A stretch of 64,000 nt of DNA from Promethearchaeia archaeon. GTDB taxonomy: Archaea > Asgardarchaeota > Lokiarchaeia > Sigyniarchaeales > SOKP01. A program made the translations under genes and the position numbers. The notes under the pieces are model-generated. The model made no database searches and had not been told where the DNA came from. It was given only the letters and a program-made list of their open reading frames with translations. The DNA lies in the NCBI GenBank assembly GCA_029856105.1, contig JAHQWH010000193.1:50449-114448 (forward strand). Reading direction: 5' to 3'. Shown one piece after another: positions 29,822 to 40,668 of the stretch. How positions within the stretch are numbered: position 1 is the first letter of the stretch; each line of letters opens with the position of its first letter.

Positions 29822-31660
29822 ATGCCAAATGGTTATATGGGAAAAATTCTCTGGGTAAATCTTACTGATGGGACTTTTAAGGAAGAAGATGTGCCAGAAG
29901 AGTTATATCGGCAATATTTAGGCGGTTTTGGGTTAGCAGCTAAGTATATTTATGAAAATACGCCTAAAAATGTAGACCCTTTGGGTCCAGATGCAATATT
30001 AGGCTTTTTTCCAGGTTTCTTAACTGGAACATTGGCACCTCTTACAGGGAGATATATGGTAGCAGGTAAGTCGCCTCTTACGGGAACATGGGGGGATTCT
30101 CACTGTGGAGGTTTTTTCGGACCTGAAATAAAAAAATCTGGATACGATGGTATATTAATAAAAGGTATAGCAAATAGTCCAAAAATTATAACGATAATCG
30201 ATAATGAGAAGCAAATTATTGATGCACCAGACATATGGGGTTTAGATACCATAGAAACGGAAGAGAAATTATTAGAAAAATATTCAGGTGCTAGAATTGC
30301 TAGTATTGGGGTTGCTGGTGAAAATCTTTCTTTAATCTCAGGAATCGTAAATGATAAGGGAAGGATAGCAGCTAGATCTGGTTTGGGTGCTGTAATGGGT
30401 TCTAAAAAACTTAAGGCAATTGTATTAAAAGGAAACCAAAAAATTGGGTTAGTAGATAAGGATGCTCTTATTCAATTAGTGAAAGAATATAATAATAGCA
30501 TAAGCGCTGCTACAGTAGGTTCAATACAACTATGGAGGGATTTGGGTACACCATGGATGAATGACATCTCAGCTAAAACAGGTGATGCTCCTATAAAGAA
30601 TTGGGGTGGATCTTCTGCCGAAGATTTTACAACGGAAAGTCTAAATAAAATTACCGGTTTAGAGTTCGATAAATTTAAAGAAAAAAAATACGGTTGTTTT
30701 GGTTGCCCTGTCCAGTGCGGAGCTATATTGAAAGCACCCCAAATTAACATTGAAGAAACGCACAGACCTGAATATGAAACATGTGTATCTTTTGGACATC
30801 TTTTGTTGAATGACGATTTGCTTTCTATAATTGAAATTAATGAACTATGCAATCGTGGAGGAATTGATACAATTTCTGTTGGTGGAACTGTAGCTTATAC
30901 CATTGAATGCTATGAAAAAGGTTTACTAACTAAGGATGATTTAGATGGTCTTGAATTAAATTGGGGTAAATCAAAGGCAATTGTCGAATTAGTGAAAAAA
31001 ATTATTAGCCGCGATGGTATAGGAGATATTTTAGCTGACGGTTCGAAAGTTGCTTCAGAGAAACTTGGAAAGGGCGCTGAATATGCGATACATTCGATGG
31101 GGCAAGAACTTCCGATGCATTCACCTAAATATTACAAATCGCTAGGAATGTCCTATGCTTTCGATCCAACTCCGGGTAGGCACACCTCAGGATGTTTAGA
31201 TATGATGGTTGCAGGGCCATTGATGAAACCTGATGGACTTTTTTCGGGATTTAGTTTACCTAGAAAATTTAAAAGACCAAGCGAAGATCGTAATGAAGCA
31301 CTTAAATCGGTTTCAGCTCTTTGGCAAGCAACAAGTTGTACTGGCTTGTGTGAATTTGCTTACTTCTTCCAGAAATATCCTCTCACAGAATTTATAAAAT
31401 GCATTGTTGGTTGGGATATTACTATGGACGATATCGTAAAGATAGGAAAGCGTATTCAAACTCTAAGACAATCATTCAATGTTAGAGAAGGCATTGACAT
31501 GGCTAAAAACAAATTGCCAGAAAGGGCTGTAGGAGTAGACTATGTAGCAGATTACAAAGCTTACTGCGAAAGTTTCGGTTGGAACCCTGAAAATGGTCAA
31601 CCACTAAAAGAAACTCTTTCAGAATTAGATTTGGATTTTGTAATTAAAGACCTTTACTAA
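29822..31660 (+). CDS. aor: Tungsten-dependent aldehyde:ferredoxin oxidoreductase family protein
   Basis: GYMGKILWVNLT, KSPLTG, GAVMGSKKLKA, CFGCPVQC, RPEYET, GIDTIS and GLCEF. Confidence 0.92.
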   Translation: MPNGYMGKILWVNLTDGTFKEEDVPEELYRQYLGGFGLAAKYIYENTPKNVDPLGPDAILGFFPGFLTGTLAPLTGRYMVAGKSPLTGTWGDSHCGGFFGPEIKKSGYDGILIKGIANSPKIITIIDNEKQIIDAPDIWGLDTIETEEKLLEKYSGARIASIGVAGENLSLISGIVNDKGRIAARSGLGAVMGSKKLKAIVLKGNQKIGLVDKDALIQLVKEYNNSISAATVGSIQLWRDLGTPWMNDISAKTGDAPIKNWGGSSAEDFTTESLNKITGLEFDKFKEKKYGCFGCPVQCGAILKAPQINIEETHRPEYETCVSFGHLLLNDDLLSIIEINELCNRGGIDTISVGGTVAYTIECYEKGLLTKDDLDGLELNWGKSKAIVELVKKIISRDGIGDILADGSKVASEKLGKGAEYAIHSMGQELPMHSPKYYKSLGMSYAFDPTPGRHTSGCLDMMVAGPLMKPDGLFSGFSLPRKFKRPSEDRNEALKSVSALWQATSCTGLCEFAYFFQKYPLTEFIKCIVGWDITMDDIVKIGKRIQTLRQSFNVREGIDMAKNKLPERAVGVDYVADYKAYCESFGWNPENGQPLKETLSELDLDFVIKDLY

Positions 31661-31661
31661 T

Positions 31662-31700
31662 CATTTTTTAATTTTTTTTTTCTTTTTAAAAAAAAAAGAT
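31662..31700. terminator. Bidirectional oligo-T/oligo-A terminator region
   Basis: Long T tracts followed by an A tract between the convergent aor and PLP-enzyme genes. Confidence 0.5.
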
Positions 31701-31703
31701 ATT

Positions 31704-32906
31704 TTAAGAAAATCTTTTACCATAACCTCTATATGTTTTATAAGTGTCTATTATTTCACCGTTCTGATAAATATAAACTTGATTAAAATGCTCTAAAGGT
31801 TCCCCTGCTTTACCAAACCTACAAAATATCGGGGCTCCAAGATCTAAATCTAATTGCTCCGGGTTGAAAGTAAAGGGCGTTTGCACTTCTCCGAATTCTT
31901 CGTCTTTAGATGTTATTAAATTCTTGGGGATAACAGGGATTGGTAATGCTCTTACGCTTCCAGAACTTACATAACCTCCTGAAAAAGCAGTTGCAATATT
32001 TTCTTTTGGCTTACGAACAATTTGAATAACGAAAAAAAGAGATGGTAAAAACTCGTTCAAAGAATTAATTGTATCGAAGATATGCGATTTAAAAAGCAAA
32101 GACCCTATACCAATTTCTGTTATAGAGGGTTCGGCAGCAGTTTCTTGAAAACACCCAGATCCTCCACCGTTAACAACTTCAGGTTTAAACCCGGCGTTAT
32201 TAAGGGCGTCTACAAAGTTTTGGCGCCAAATATTTACGTGTTTCCTAGATCTTTTTTTTGCAAATCTAAATAATGCTTTATCATCGCCTATACTAGCATT
32301 TTGAGCTTCGTAACCCATAATTCCCCTAAAATGCAAGTTATTTGCTTTACTTATTATTTGTGCTAGTTTCACTGCTGCTTCGGGTTCCCTTATTGGACTT
32401 CTATAAACGCCAACATTTCTTCCAAATAATTTGTCTGCAACATCTATTTCAATCAATGTATCAAATTCAACATCATTTTTAACTGCAAATTCTTCTAACA
32501 AATTAATCTGTTTTATATCGTCAACCATAACTGTAATGCTTACACCGTCTATGCTAGCTGCTTTGCATAATTCATCAACATCCACCTTAGACATCGTGGG
32601 ATAACCCAACAATATATCTTTAGTTTTATAATTTTCAGCGTAAAACAAAGCTTCAGCTGAATTATAAGTAAATATCCCGTTAACAAAATCCTCTTTTTCA
32701 ATTATATTTACCAATTCAGGAACTCTAACTGATTTAGTACATAATCTTAAACTTTTTTTCACTTTCTTTAAATAATTCCCAACACTTTCTAAATTCTGAT
32801 TGAAAGCATCGAGATCGCAGATTACCATAGGAAACTTTTTACCTTTAACTAAATCTTTTAATTCCTCATAACTAGTGGATAATATCAATCTATTTTTACC
32901 TTTCAA
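31704..32906 (-). CDS. Fold-type III PLP enzyme (alanine racemase / D-serine dehydratase DSD1-like)
   Basis: LRLCTKSVRV (PLP Lys), GIMGYEA, NGGGSG, TEIGIGS and FGEVQTP. Confidence 0.85.
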   Translation of the reverse strand: MKGKNRLILSTSYEELKDLVKGKKFPMVICDLDAFNQNLESVGNYLKKVKKSLRLCTKSVRVPELVNIIEKEDFVNGIFTYNSAEALFYAENYKTKDILLGYPTMSKVDVDELCKAASIDGVSITVMVDDIKQINLLEEFAVKNDVEFDTLIEIDVADKLFGRNVGVYRSPIREPEAAVKLAQIISKANNLHFRGIMGYEAQNASIGDDKALFRFAKKRSRKHVNIWRQNFVDALNNAGFKPEVVNGGGSGCFQETAAEPSITEIGIGSLLFKSHIFDTINSLNEFLPSLFFVIQIVRKPKENIATAFSGGYVSSGSVRALPIPVIPKNLITSKDEEFGEVQTPFTFNPEQLDLDLGAPIFCRFGKAGEPLEHFNQVYIYQNGEIIDTYKTYRGYGKRFS

Positions 32907-33031
32907 ATTTAATAATTAATTGATAGTACATGAAAATTACTTTTTAGACTTTGTTAATAAGGAATTGGCTTTGACAAAACCTAAAATTAGAAATAACAAT
33001 TAAGATAAAAAAAAAAAGATAATTAATTTAT

Positions 33032-33427
33032 TTACAGCGCTACTATAGCACTTATTTCTATTAACATACTAGCAAGAGGTAAATTTGATACTTCCACTGT
33101 TACTCTCGCGGGATAAGATTCAGAAACTCCGTTGTCATTAAAAAATTTTTTATAAACGCTGTTCATTTCGTTAAATTCTTTAATATTTTTTAAAAATACG
33201 GTTGTATTGACAATGTTCGAAATTTTACATCCAGCAGCTTCTACGATTTTTTTAATATTGGTTAGTGCAACTAAAGTCTGTTCTTTAATATCATTTGCAG
33301 GTTGAGCCGATCCTTGGCCAGAAACAAATAGTAAATTACTTGCTTTTATGCCCGGGCTATAAGGTCCCGCAACGGGAGTTCCAGGATTAATAATTTCAAT
33401 ACCTGACATAATTAATTTTAAGCTCAA
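33032..33427 (-). CDS. ridA: RidA/YjgF-family enamine deaminase
   Basis: GPYSPG, LFVSGQ, MNSVY, PARVTVEVSNLP and IEISAI. Start position uncertain. Confidence 0.88.
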   Translation of the reverse strand: MSLKLIMSGIEIINPGTPVAGPYSPGIKASNLLFVSGQGSAQPANDIKEQTLVALTNIKKIVEAAGCKISNIVNTTVFLKNIKEFNEMNSVYKKFFNDNGVSESYPARVTVEVSNLPLASMLIEISAIVAL

Positions 33428-33569
33428 TTATTTTAAAAGATTTTCTTCTCAAAACCTCCTAATTAGAAAAATCAAAAATCAAGTATTTTGGTTGAATAAA
33501 ATCGAAAAAAATATTTGTAAATGATCGTTTTTTTAAATAACTCTAGCGTTAATTTAATTGAATAATATT

Positions 33570-34919
33570 ATGTCTAAGAAATTTTCAACAAAACCACTAA
33601 GAGGAATGAAAGATTATTATCCACCGGATTTACGAGAAATAAACTGGATAATTGATACAATTCGAGATGTTGCGGAATTGTATAGTTATGAAGAATTTGA
33701 AAGTCCAAGATTAGAACCAATTGAGATTTTTGCTGCTAAATCTTCAGACGAGTTAGTGAATGAACAATCCTTCATAGTAGAGAAAAAAAAAGGAGAAAAG
33801 TTAATACTAATTCCAGAACTTACTCCATCGTTAGCGCGAATGATCACAGCAAAAAGTCAAGAACTTAAAAAACCCATAAGGTGGTTCTCAGTACCTACAT
33901 GTTATAGGTACGAGCGCCCACAGAAAGGCCGGAGAAGGGAATTCAAGCAAATTAATATGGACATCTTGGGAGAAAATAGTCTCTATGCCGAACTCGAAAT
34001 ATTCAATGCAGTTGTTGATATCTTTTTAGAATTTGGAGCCATTTCAGACCAATTTCAAATTTTTTATAATAATCGACGATTTATCGATTCTGTGTGTGAA
34101 CTGATACTAAATGTACCTAAAGAGAAATTAAAGTTAGTATATAAAGTATTAGATAAATTCGATAAATTAGAGGAATCGGAATTAGAGAGATTTGTTTTTG
34201 ACTCTTTCCAAGACGAGACAATTGTGCAAGGCATTTTTAAACTAAAAGAGTCTACATCTTTAGAGGATTTATTAAATAAATTTGAGGACATCCCCGAAGA
34301 GTTTTATAATTCTCGTGGTTATGTTGAATTATTAAATTTTAATTTATTACTTTCAGAAGCAAAAATCACCGAATATTGTACATTTTCTTCAAGCGTTGTT
34401 AGAGGTCTAGATTATTATACTGGCATTGTATTCGAAGTACTTGATACTGGAAAAGATAACATCAGAAGCATTTTTGGAGGAGGACGCTACGATGACTTGT
34501 TATCCCTATTCTCAGACGAAAAAATATCAGGAATAGGGTTTGGAATGGGCGTGTTAATGTTTTCATTATTCTTAAAAACATATAATTTAATTCCTGAAGA
34601 TATTAAAGAAAAAGTTTATACTGATACTATTTATATTGCCTCTATTAACGATAATGCGTCTAGTTACGCGTTAAAATTAGCAAAAATGGTTAGAGATGAG
34701 GATTTTCCGTGTATAATAGATTACAAGTTTAAAAATTTAAAAAACCAATTAAAAAAAGCTAATGAGCTCGGTGTTTTAGTCGTATTGATAATAGGACCAA
34801 AAGAAGCTGAGAATGATAAAGTTTCTATTAAAAATATGGCAACAGAAGAACAAAAAACAATTGATATCGGAGAATTAATTGACGAAATCTATAACATTAT
34901 TGAAGAATTTGGAAGTTAA
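33570..34919 (+). CDS. hisS: Histidyl-tRNA synthetase
   Basis: RGMKDY, PELT, YRYERPQKGRRREFKQ, VRGLDYYTG, GGGRYD and GIGFGMG. Confidence 0.97.
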   Translation: MSKKFSTKPLRGMKDYYPPDLREINWIIDTIRDVAELYSYEEFESPRLEPIEIFAAKSSDELVNEQSFIVEKKKGEKLILIPELTPSLARMITAKSQELKKPIRWFSVPTCYRYERPQKGRRREFKQINMDILGENSLYAELEIFNAVVDIFLEFGAISDQFQIFYNNRRFIDSVCELILNVPKEKLKLVYKVLDKFDKLEESELERFVFDSFQDETIVQGIFKLKESTSLEDLLNKFEDIPEEFYNSRGYVELLNFNLLLSEAKITEYCTFSSSVVRGLDYYTGIVFEVLDTGKDNIRSIFGGGRYDDLLSLFSDEKISGIGFGMGVLMFSLFLKTYNLIPEDIKEKVYTDTIYIASINDNASSYALKLAKMVRDEDFPCIIDYKFKNLKNQLKKANELGVLVVLIIGPKEAENDKVSIKNMATEEQKTIDIGELIDEIYNIIEEFGS

Positions 34920-34941
34920 AAAAAAAAGGAGATAGCATTAT

Positions 34942-35286
34942 TTGGATATAGAAGAGTTAAAAAAATTTGGAATTGATGGTCCTGATGAAGGTATATTTAT
35001 AATTGTTTTATGTTCTAAATGGTGTAGGTCTTGTAAATTATTCACTACAATATTAGAACAAATTAGAGACGAAGGTATTATAAAGTTAAAAATAGTTGAT
35101 ATTGGTGAAAGTTCTAAGTTAGCTCAAGAATTGAAAATCAATGCAATACCCGCTTTAATAATTTTTAAGGATGGCAAGCTCTTAAATAAAAACATTAAAT
35201 TGTATGGGGAATTAATCGTTAATAAAGGAATTACAATTGGATCTTTCAATGAAGAGATTTTGAAAGAGATAATTAACCAAATTTAA
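34942..35286 (+). CDS. Thioredoxin-family protein
   Basis: WCRSC CxxC motif, cis-Pro AIP and IFKDGK. Confidence 0.85.
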   Translation: MDIEELKKFGIDGPDEGIFIIVLCSKWCRSCKLFTTILEQIRDEGIIKLKIVDIGESSKLAQELKINAIPALIIFKDGKLLNKNIKLYGELIVNKGITIGSFNEEILKEIINQI

Positions 35287-35465
35287 ATTTCTCTGATATT
35301 TTTAGAAGTTAAAAAAGTTTTTTTATTTGCGTGTTCCCGCTTACTCATGTCTTTCAAGAGCTTTGAATAGTTTTCAAGCTGCCTTTCAATAGCATTTTTT
35401 GAATAATATAACTTAAAGTCTGAAAACACGAATATTTTTAAGATTTCAAGTAATTTATTTTATTT

Positions 35466-36434
35466 ATGAATCTAGATCTCAAAAAATTTGATATATTTTA
35501 TATAATTGGTTTAGTTGCAACCACTATTTTCATGATTCTTGAATTGATCTTTGGATTTATTGCGGTGAATATTACTTTCTTAATTTTCTTTTGGACAATG
35601 AAGCTTCTTTCCGGTTTTGGTTTGATATTAACTGTTGCAAATGGTATTTTGTGGATTCTAAATCGTTTTACTGAAAAATTTAGTAAAAAAGACGTTCAGG
35701 TTCTTATAATTATTCAGGTGATAGTTCCAGGAATTTTCATAGGATATGCTGTTTATAGCATAATTTCAAGCTTACCTCCCACAATACCTAAAACAGGTAT
35801 ACAATTTTGGTTTGATCTTCTATTATTTCTTTACGGTATTATCTCTTTGATGCTATCATTATATATAATTCCCTTAATTAGAGAAGAGTTTCAAGAAGCT
35901 GTAGACACGGGAACAATTAAGCGTATTAAGAGAGGAACAAAAAAAATAGGAAGAAAAATGAAGAAAGGATACTTTAGCTGGAGAGGAAAGTATGCGAAAG
36001 TTCAAATTCAAGATCAGATGACGTTAGGAGAAGTCCTGGATATCTGGAGAAATCAATTTGCAGTGTATTTGCTTATCCCGATTGCCATAGGTTCCCTTAT
36101 CTTTACGCCTATTGCATTTATTTGCATAGTTTTTTGGTTAAAAATAATTGTTTTTGATAAAGGCGAGCCTAAGTTTTATGAAAGAATAGCTTTACTTATC
36201 TCCATGATTTGGATCACAACGATCACATGTTTGTCTTACGCTTTCAAACTTGTATTCTTTACATCAATCGAGCCATTTTTCTGGACTATTCAAGTGTTTT
36301 ACCTAATTGGAATTGTTATCTCCACCAGTATATTTATTTACCAATTCATTAAACTCAAAGGAATCACAATAAAAAAGATTAAGGAAGAAATCCGAGAAAG
36401 AAGAGAGCCAGAAGATATTGAGGAAACAGATTAA
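35466..36434 (+). CDS. Hypothetical multi-pass membrane protein
   Basis: About 7 hydrophobic helices with a basic central loop. Confidence 0.75.
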   Translation: MNLDLKKFDIFYIIGLVATTIFMILELIFGFIAVNITFLIFFWTMKLLSGFGLILTVANGILWILNRFTEKFSKKDVQVLIIIQVIVPGIFIGYAVYSIISSLPPTIPKTGIQFWFDLLLFLYGIISLMLSLYIIPLIREEFQEAVDTGTIKRIKRGTKKIGRKMKKGYFSWRGKYAKVQIQDQMTLGEVLDIWRNQFAVYLLIPIAIGSLIFTPIAFICIVFWLKIIVFDKGEPKFYERIALLISMIWITTITCLSYAFKLVFFTSIEPFFWTIQVFYLIGIVISTSIFIYQFIKLKGITIKKIKEEIRERREPEDIEETD

Positions 36435-36639
36435 GTTGAATAAATTTTAAAAAAAATTAATTAATTCTATTTTTATTTTAGTAGACATTCCCATCACTAA
36501 ATTTTTTAGAAACCACTTCCTATACATATTCAGATTTAAGATTATTGCCAAAAATTTCTAAAATTTAGATCATTCATGGTCAATAATTATTAAGTGGATT
36601 GCCAATATTATTAAAAAAAAATCATCACTAAAGGTAGAT

Positions 36640-37560
36640 ATGCAATTTATTGAACGATTAATTCAGTCTATTAAGGATAAGAAAAGCGTAGTTTGTATGG
36701 GACTTGATCCCAGGATGGATAAGCAAGGCGAAATTCCAAAGTATTTAATAGATGAGTTAAAAGATCCAAATAAAATAATTCTAGAATTTAACAAAAATCT
36801 TATTGATCATACATCTGATTTAATCCCCGTTGTAAAACCGCAGATCGCTTTTTACGAGAAATATGAGGCGTTAGCAGCGTTGAAAGAAACGATAAAATAC
36901 GCCCATAAAAAAGATTTACTTGTCATTTTAGATTCAAAGCGTAACGATATTGGTTCAACTTCGGAAGCGTACGCGTATTCCACGTTTAAAGTTTACAATG
37001 CTGACGCTTGTACAATAAACGCATACCTTGGATTTGATGGGATTAAACCTTATTTAAGTTATAAAGAGAAAGGTCTATTTATCCTAGTAAAAACTTCAAA
37101 CCCTAGTAGTAAAGATTTTCAAGATATCTTTAGCGCTAGGATCCTTAATGTTCCCGACTCTGATGTTGAAGTTATAGTAGATCAAATAACACTGGAAAGA
37201 AATTATATCCACATGGCAAAACTAGTTTCTGAGTGGGGAAAGAACCTTGAACAATTTTCTAATTTTCATAATTTGGGAGTAGTAGTAGGAGCAACTTACC
37301 CACAAGAATTAAAAGCAATAAGGAAAACAGTCAAAAATTCCTACGTGTTAATACCCGGATATGGGGCTCAAGGTGCTCAAACGAAAGAAATTAAACATGG
37401 TTTTAACGATAAAGGATTGGGGGGAATTGTAAATTCGTCAAGAGGGATAATATATTCGTATAATAAAAAAGAATTATTCTCGCCTGATAAGTATGGTGAA
37501 GCTGCGAGAGACGAAATAATTGACATGAACAAAAAAATTAACAAAGAAGTTAATTTGTGA
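36640..37560 (+). CDS. pyrF: Orotidine-5'-phosphate decarboxylase
   Basis: CMGLDP, KPQIAFYE, DSKRNDIGST, KTSNP, VVGAT, PGYGAQG and NSSRGI. Confidence 0.95.
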   Translation: MQFIERLIQSIKDKKSVVCMGLDPRMDKQGEIPKYLIDELKDPNKIILEFNKNLIDHTSDLIPVVKPQIAFYEKYEALAALKETIKYAHKKDLLVILDSKRNDIGSTSEAYAYSTFKVYNADACTINAYLGFDGIKPYLSYKEKGLFILVKTSNPSSKDFQDIFSARILNVPDSDVEVIVDQITLERNYIHMAKLVSEWGKNLEQFSNFHNLGVVVGATYPQELKAIRKTVKNSYVLIPGYGAQGAQTKEIKHGFNDKGLGGIVNSSRGIIYSYNKKELFSPDKYGEAARDEIIDMNKKINKEVNL

Positions 37561-37576
37561 AAACAAATTAGTTCAA

Positions 37577-37990
37577 TCACATTATATTTGAGAGAATGGA
37601 TCCCATATTAACCATAATAAAAACGATTGGAAGGATTATTATCGAAACTACGGTTAACGAACGTTTAAGGCCAACTTGATGTATGACATTAATTACGTTT
37701 AAGTCAATAAAAGTACAAAATATTATTATTGGGATGATTACTTCGGGGGCTCCCTTGAACTCCCCTGCGAATCCTAACAAAAATAAAGGAGAACTAATAA
37801 AAAAAATTACTCCAAATTGAATTAGAAAACTTACCGCCACCCATTTCATTCCTGTTCTTTTTTTAGCTTTAGTTATTGCTAACCCGAACTTTAATAATAA
37901 GATATCTCCACCCGCAAAAGCAGCCATAAGGATTAGAAGCATAATATCCCCTTCTGGAGGATCTCCCATTTGTAATAAATTTAATAACAT
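37577..37990 (-). CDS. Hypothetical membrane protein
   Basis: Four TM helices. ATG at 37990 is preferred over the track start at 38068. Confidence 0.7.
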   Translation of the reverse strand: MLLNLLQMGDPPEGDIMLLILMAAFAGGDILLLKFGLAITKAKKRTGMKWVAVSFLIQFGVIFFISSPLFLLGFAGEFKGAPEVIIPIIIFCTFIDLNVINVIHQVGLKRSLTVVSIIILPIVFIMVNMGSILSNIM

Positions 37991-38204
37991 CTCTATTTCA
38001 CTAACCGTAGAAGTTCTATTTAAATTTGATTTAATCAAACTTTTTTTATTCAATTGCTTAAAAAACACATAAAAGATTTTTGATTTAAAGTTAATTTTTT
38101 TAATCAGTTATTTTAAATTAGAATAAAATATTTAGATTCATAATAACAATAATTACAAATTATTGGAGGAAACTAACAAAAAGGAACAAAAGGAATGATA
38201 TGCA

Positions 38205-40169
38205 ATGGTAGAAACTAAAATTACAAATGATGAACCAAGAATCTTCGTGGCAGTATGCCAATGAGGTATTAATATTGCCGAAATAATCGATACAAAAGCT
38301 CTATCAGAATATTCAAAAACGCTTCCAAATGTAGTTGAAGCTTTAGATTACATTTCAATGTGCACACAAGGCGGAGCCGAATTCATTAAAGAAAAAATGA
38401 TCGAGAGCAACGCTAATAGGTTAGTTATGGCATCTTGCACCCCAATAACTCACGAACCTGTTTTTAAAAGCGTACTAGAATCTATGGGTTTGGACCCTTC
38501 TTACTTGGAATTCGTGAACATACGAGAACACTCGAGTTTTGTCCATAGACAAGATAAAATAGGGGCACAAAGAACCGCTGAGGATCTTATTCGGTCTGGT
38601 GTTGCTAGGGCTAGTGTTTTAGAAAAAATTCTAATCAAAGAGGTAGATATCACTAAAAAGGCCTTAATTATTGGTGGTGGCGTGGCAGGACTAACAGCAG
38701 GAATAGATTTGGCCGAAGAAGGTTTTGAAGTCCATTTGGTTGAGAAAAATCCGACAACTGGAGGAAAAATGGCTATGTTAGATCGAACATTTCCCACTGA
38801 CGATTGTAGTATATGAATTCTTGGCCCTGTTATGCTCGAAGCGGCAAGAACTCCAGGGTTAATTGTATATACTTATAGTGACGTGGAAGATGTTTCTGGA
38901 TTTGTTGGAAACTTTAATGTTAAAATCCGCAAAAGGGCAAGGTACGTTAATAACGACTGCAATGGTTGCGGTGCTTGCTTTGATGTGTGTCCCGCTTACG
39001 GATACGATGAATTTAACGAAGGAATGAACCCGAGAAAAGCAATTTACGTTTCCTTTGCTCAAGCAGTACCCTCGATGGCTCAAATTGATATGACGAGATG
39101 CATTAAATGTGAATTGTGTAAAGGTGTCTGTGAAGTTAAAGCAATTGATTTTGATCAAGAAGATGAAATTGTAGACGTTAAAGTTGGCTCAATAATAGTA
39201 GCTACAGGATGGGACGAGTACGAACCAGAAACGGGTTATTTAGGATACGATGTTTATCCAAATGTAATAACCCAAATGAAGTTAGAAAGGATTCTTGCAC
39301 CTAACGGACCAACTCTTGGGCATCTAGTTCGCCCTTCTGACGGAAAAAAACCTGAAAAAATACTATTTATTCAATGTGTAGGGTCGAGAGATTTAAACAT
39401 GAATACTTATTGCAGTGGCGGAGTATGTTGTATGGTTTCAATTAAAAATTCTAAACTTATAAAACAACATTATCCTGAAATAGAAATCTCTGTTGCCTAC
39501 ATGGATATTCGAGCCGCTGGAAAAGATTACGAAGAGTATTACACCGCATCTCGAAAAGAAGGTATTAGATATATTAGAACTAATGTCTCAAAAATTCAAG
39601 AAGACCTTGAAACTCAAAATCTTAAAATAATTATCCAAAACACACTTAGCAGTACAAGATTAAAAGAACTTGAGTACGATATGGTGGTTCTATCGTGCGC
39701 TATGGTACCCGCAAAGGGAGTAGAAAAAATTGGAAGAATCTTAAAGCTTGAAACGAGCCAAGATGGATTTTTCAAGGAATTCCATTCTCGATTAAATCCA
39801 ATTGACACCAAAATTCCGGGTATCGTACTTGCAGGAGCTTCTCAAAGCCCCAAATCTGTAGCTGAATCAATAGCTCAAGGAAGGGCAGCAGCATCTTCTT
39901 TAGCACGATTGATGTGGAAGGATAAGTATAGGATTTTATTAATTCGAGCTACTGTAGACAAAGATAGATGTGCGAAGTGTGGGCTGTGTGAATTAAATTG
40001 TCCTTACGATGCAATTAAGACTTTAGCTGATGGAGCAGAAGTAAACGAGATATTGTGCCGTGGATGCGGTTCGTGCTTAGCCAATTGTCCTTCTGAGGCG
40101 ATTACGCTAAGATACTACCGTGAACCTCAATATGAAAAACAAATCGATGCTATTTTAGAAGAGATATAG
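38205..40169 (+). CDS. hdrA: Heterodisulfide reductase subunit A, selenoprotein (Sec20 and Sec204), 654 aa
   Basis: One frame from ATG 38205 through TGA 38262-38264 (EPRIFVAVCQUGINIA, cf. HdrA VCHCG) and TGA 38814-38816 (DRTFPTDDCSIUILGP) to TAG. Contains GGGVAG, QCVGSRD, YCSGGVCC and ferredoxin motifs. It joins track ORFs 38358-38816 and 38832-40169. Confidence 0.95.
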
Positions 40170-40182
40170 AGAGGTGTAAAAA

Positions 40183-40668
40183 GTGGCGACAATAGATAAA
40201 GACCAAATAAAGATCTTAGCATTTATGTGCTGGAAATGAGGTTATGGTGCTGGAGATATGGCGGGTACGATACGCGCTCAATACCCTTCTACGATTAGAC
40301 CTATAAGAATCAACTGTACTGGACGCGTAACGCCTTCACTTATGATGCGCGCGATTGGAAAGGGTGCCGATGGAGTAATTGTTGCTGGATGATACGAAGG
40401 AGAATGCGATTATGAAACCGGTAATTTGGTAGCAGCAAAAAACGTGAAGTATACGAGAGAAATTTTAAAAACCACGGGTGTTTCCCCTGATAGAATCCAA
40501 ATGTTCCATTGTAGCGCAGCTGAAGGTCAACGATTTCAAGAAGAAGTCACCAGAATCTCAGAAATAATCGAAAATTTAGGCAGCAATCCAATTAAAGAAT
40601 CTCTGCGTTCCGAAAAGAACAAAAAAGATTCAAAAAAAGAACAAAAAAAAATTAAACCGAAGGAATGA
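40183..40668 (+). CDS. mvhD: F420-non-reducing hydrogenase delta subunit MvhD/VhuD, selenoprotein (Sec19 and Sec70), 161 aa
   Basis: GTG at 40183 follows SD GAGGTG. Translation KILAFMCWKUGYGAGDMAG..QYP..INCTGRV..GADGVIVAGUYEGECDYETGN has TGA at 40237-40239 and 40390-40392, both at Cys-equivalent positions. Confidence 0.95.

Noticed and set aside
32964-32984. Imperfect palindrome ATTGGCTTTGACAAAACCTAA as a DtxR/MntR box
   Set aside because: Only about 7 of 10 positions are symmetric, the context is AT-rich and the neighbouring genes are not metal-related.
2631-37560. Other TGA-terminated genes (ending 3383, 5464, 26039, 37560) as selenoproteins or evidence of UGA reassignment
   Set aside because: The recognisable proteins are complete at these stops, and I noticed no Cys-homologous context or SECIS. 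TGG is used for Trp.
38205-40668. hdrA and mvhD as pseudogenes with premature stops
   Set aside because: All four interruptions are TGA, in frame and at conserved Cys positions, and a SECIS-like hairpin follows. Random decay would not give this pattern.
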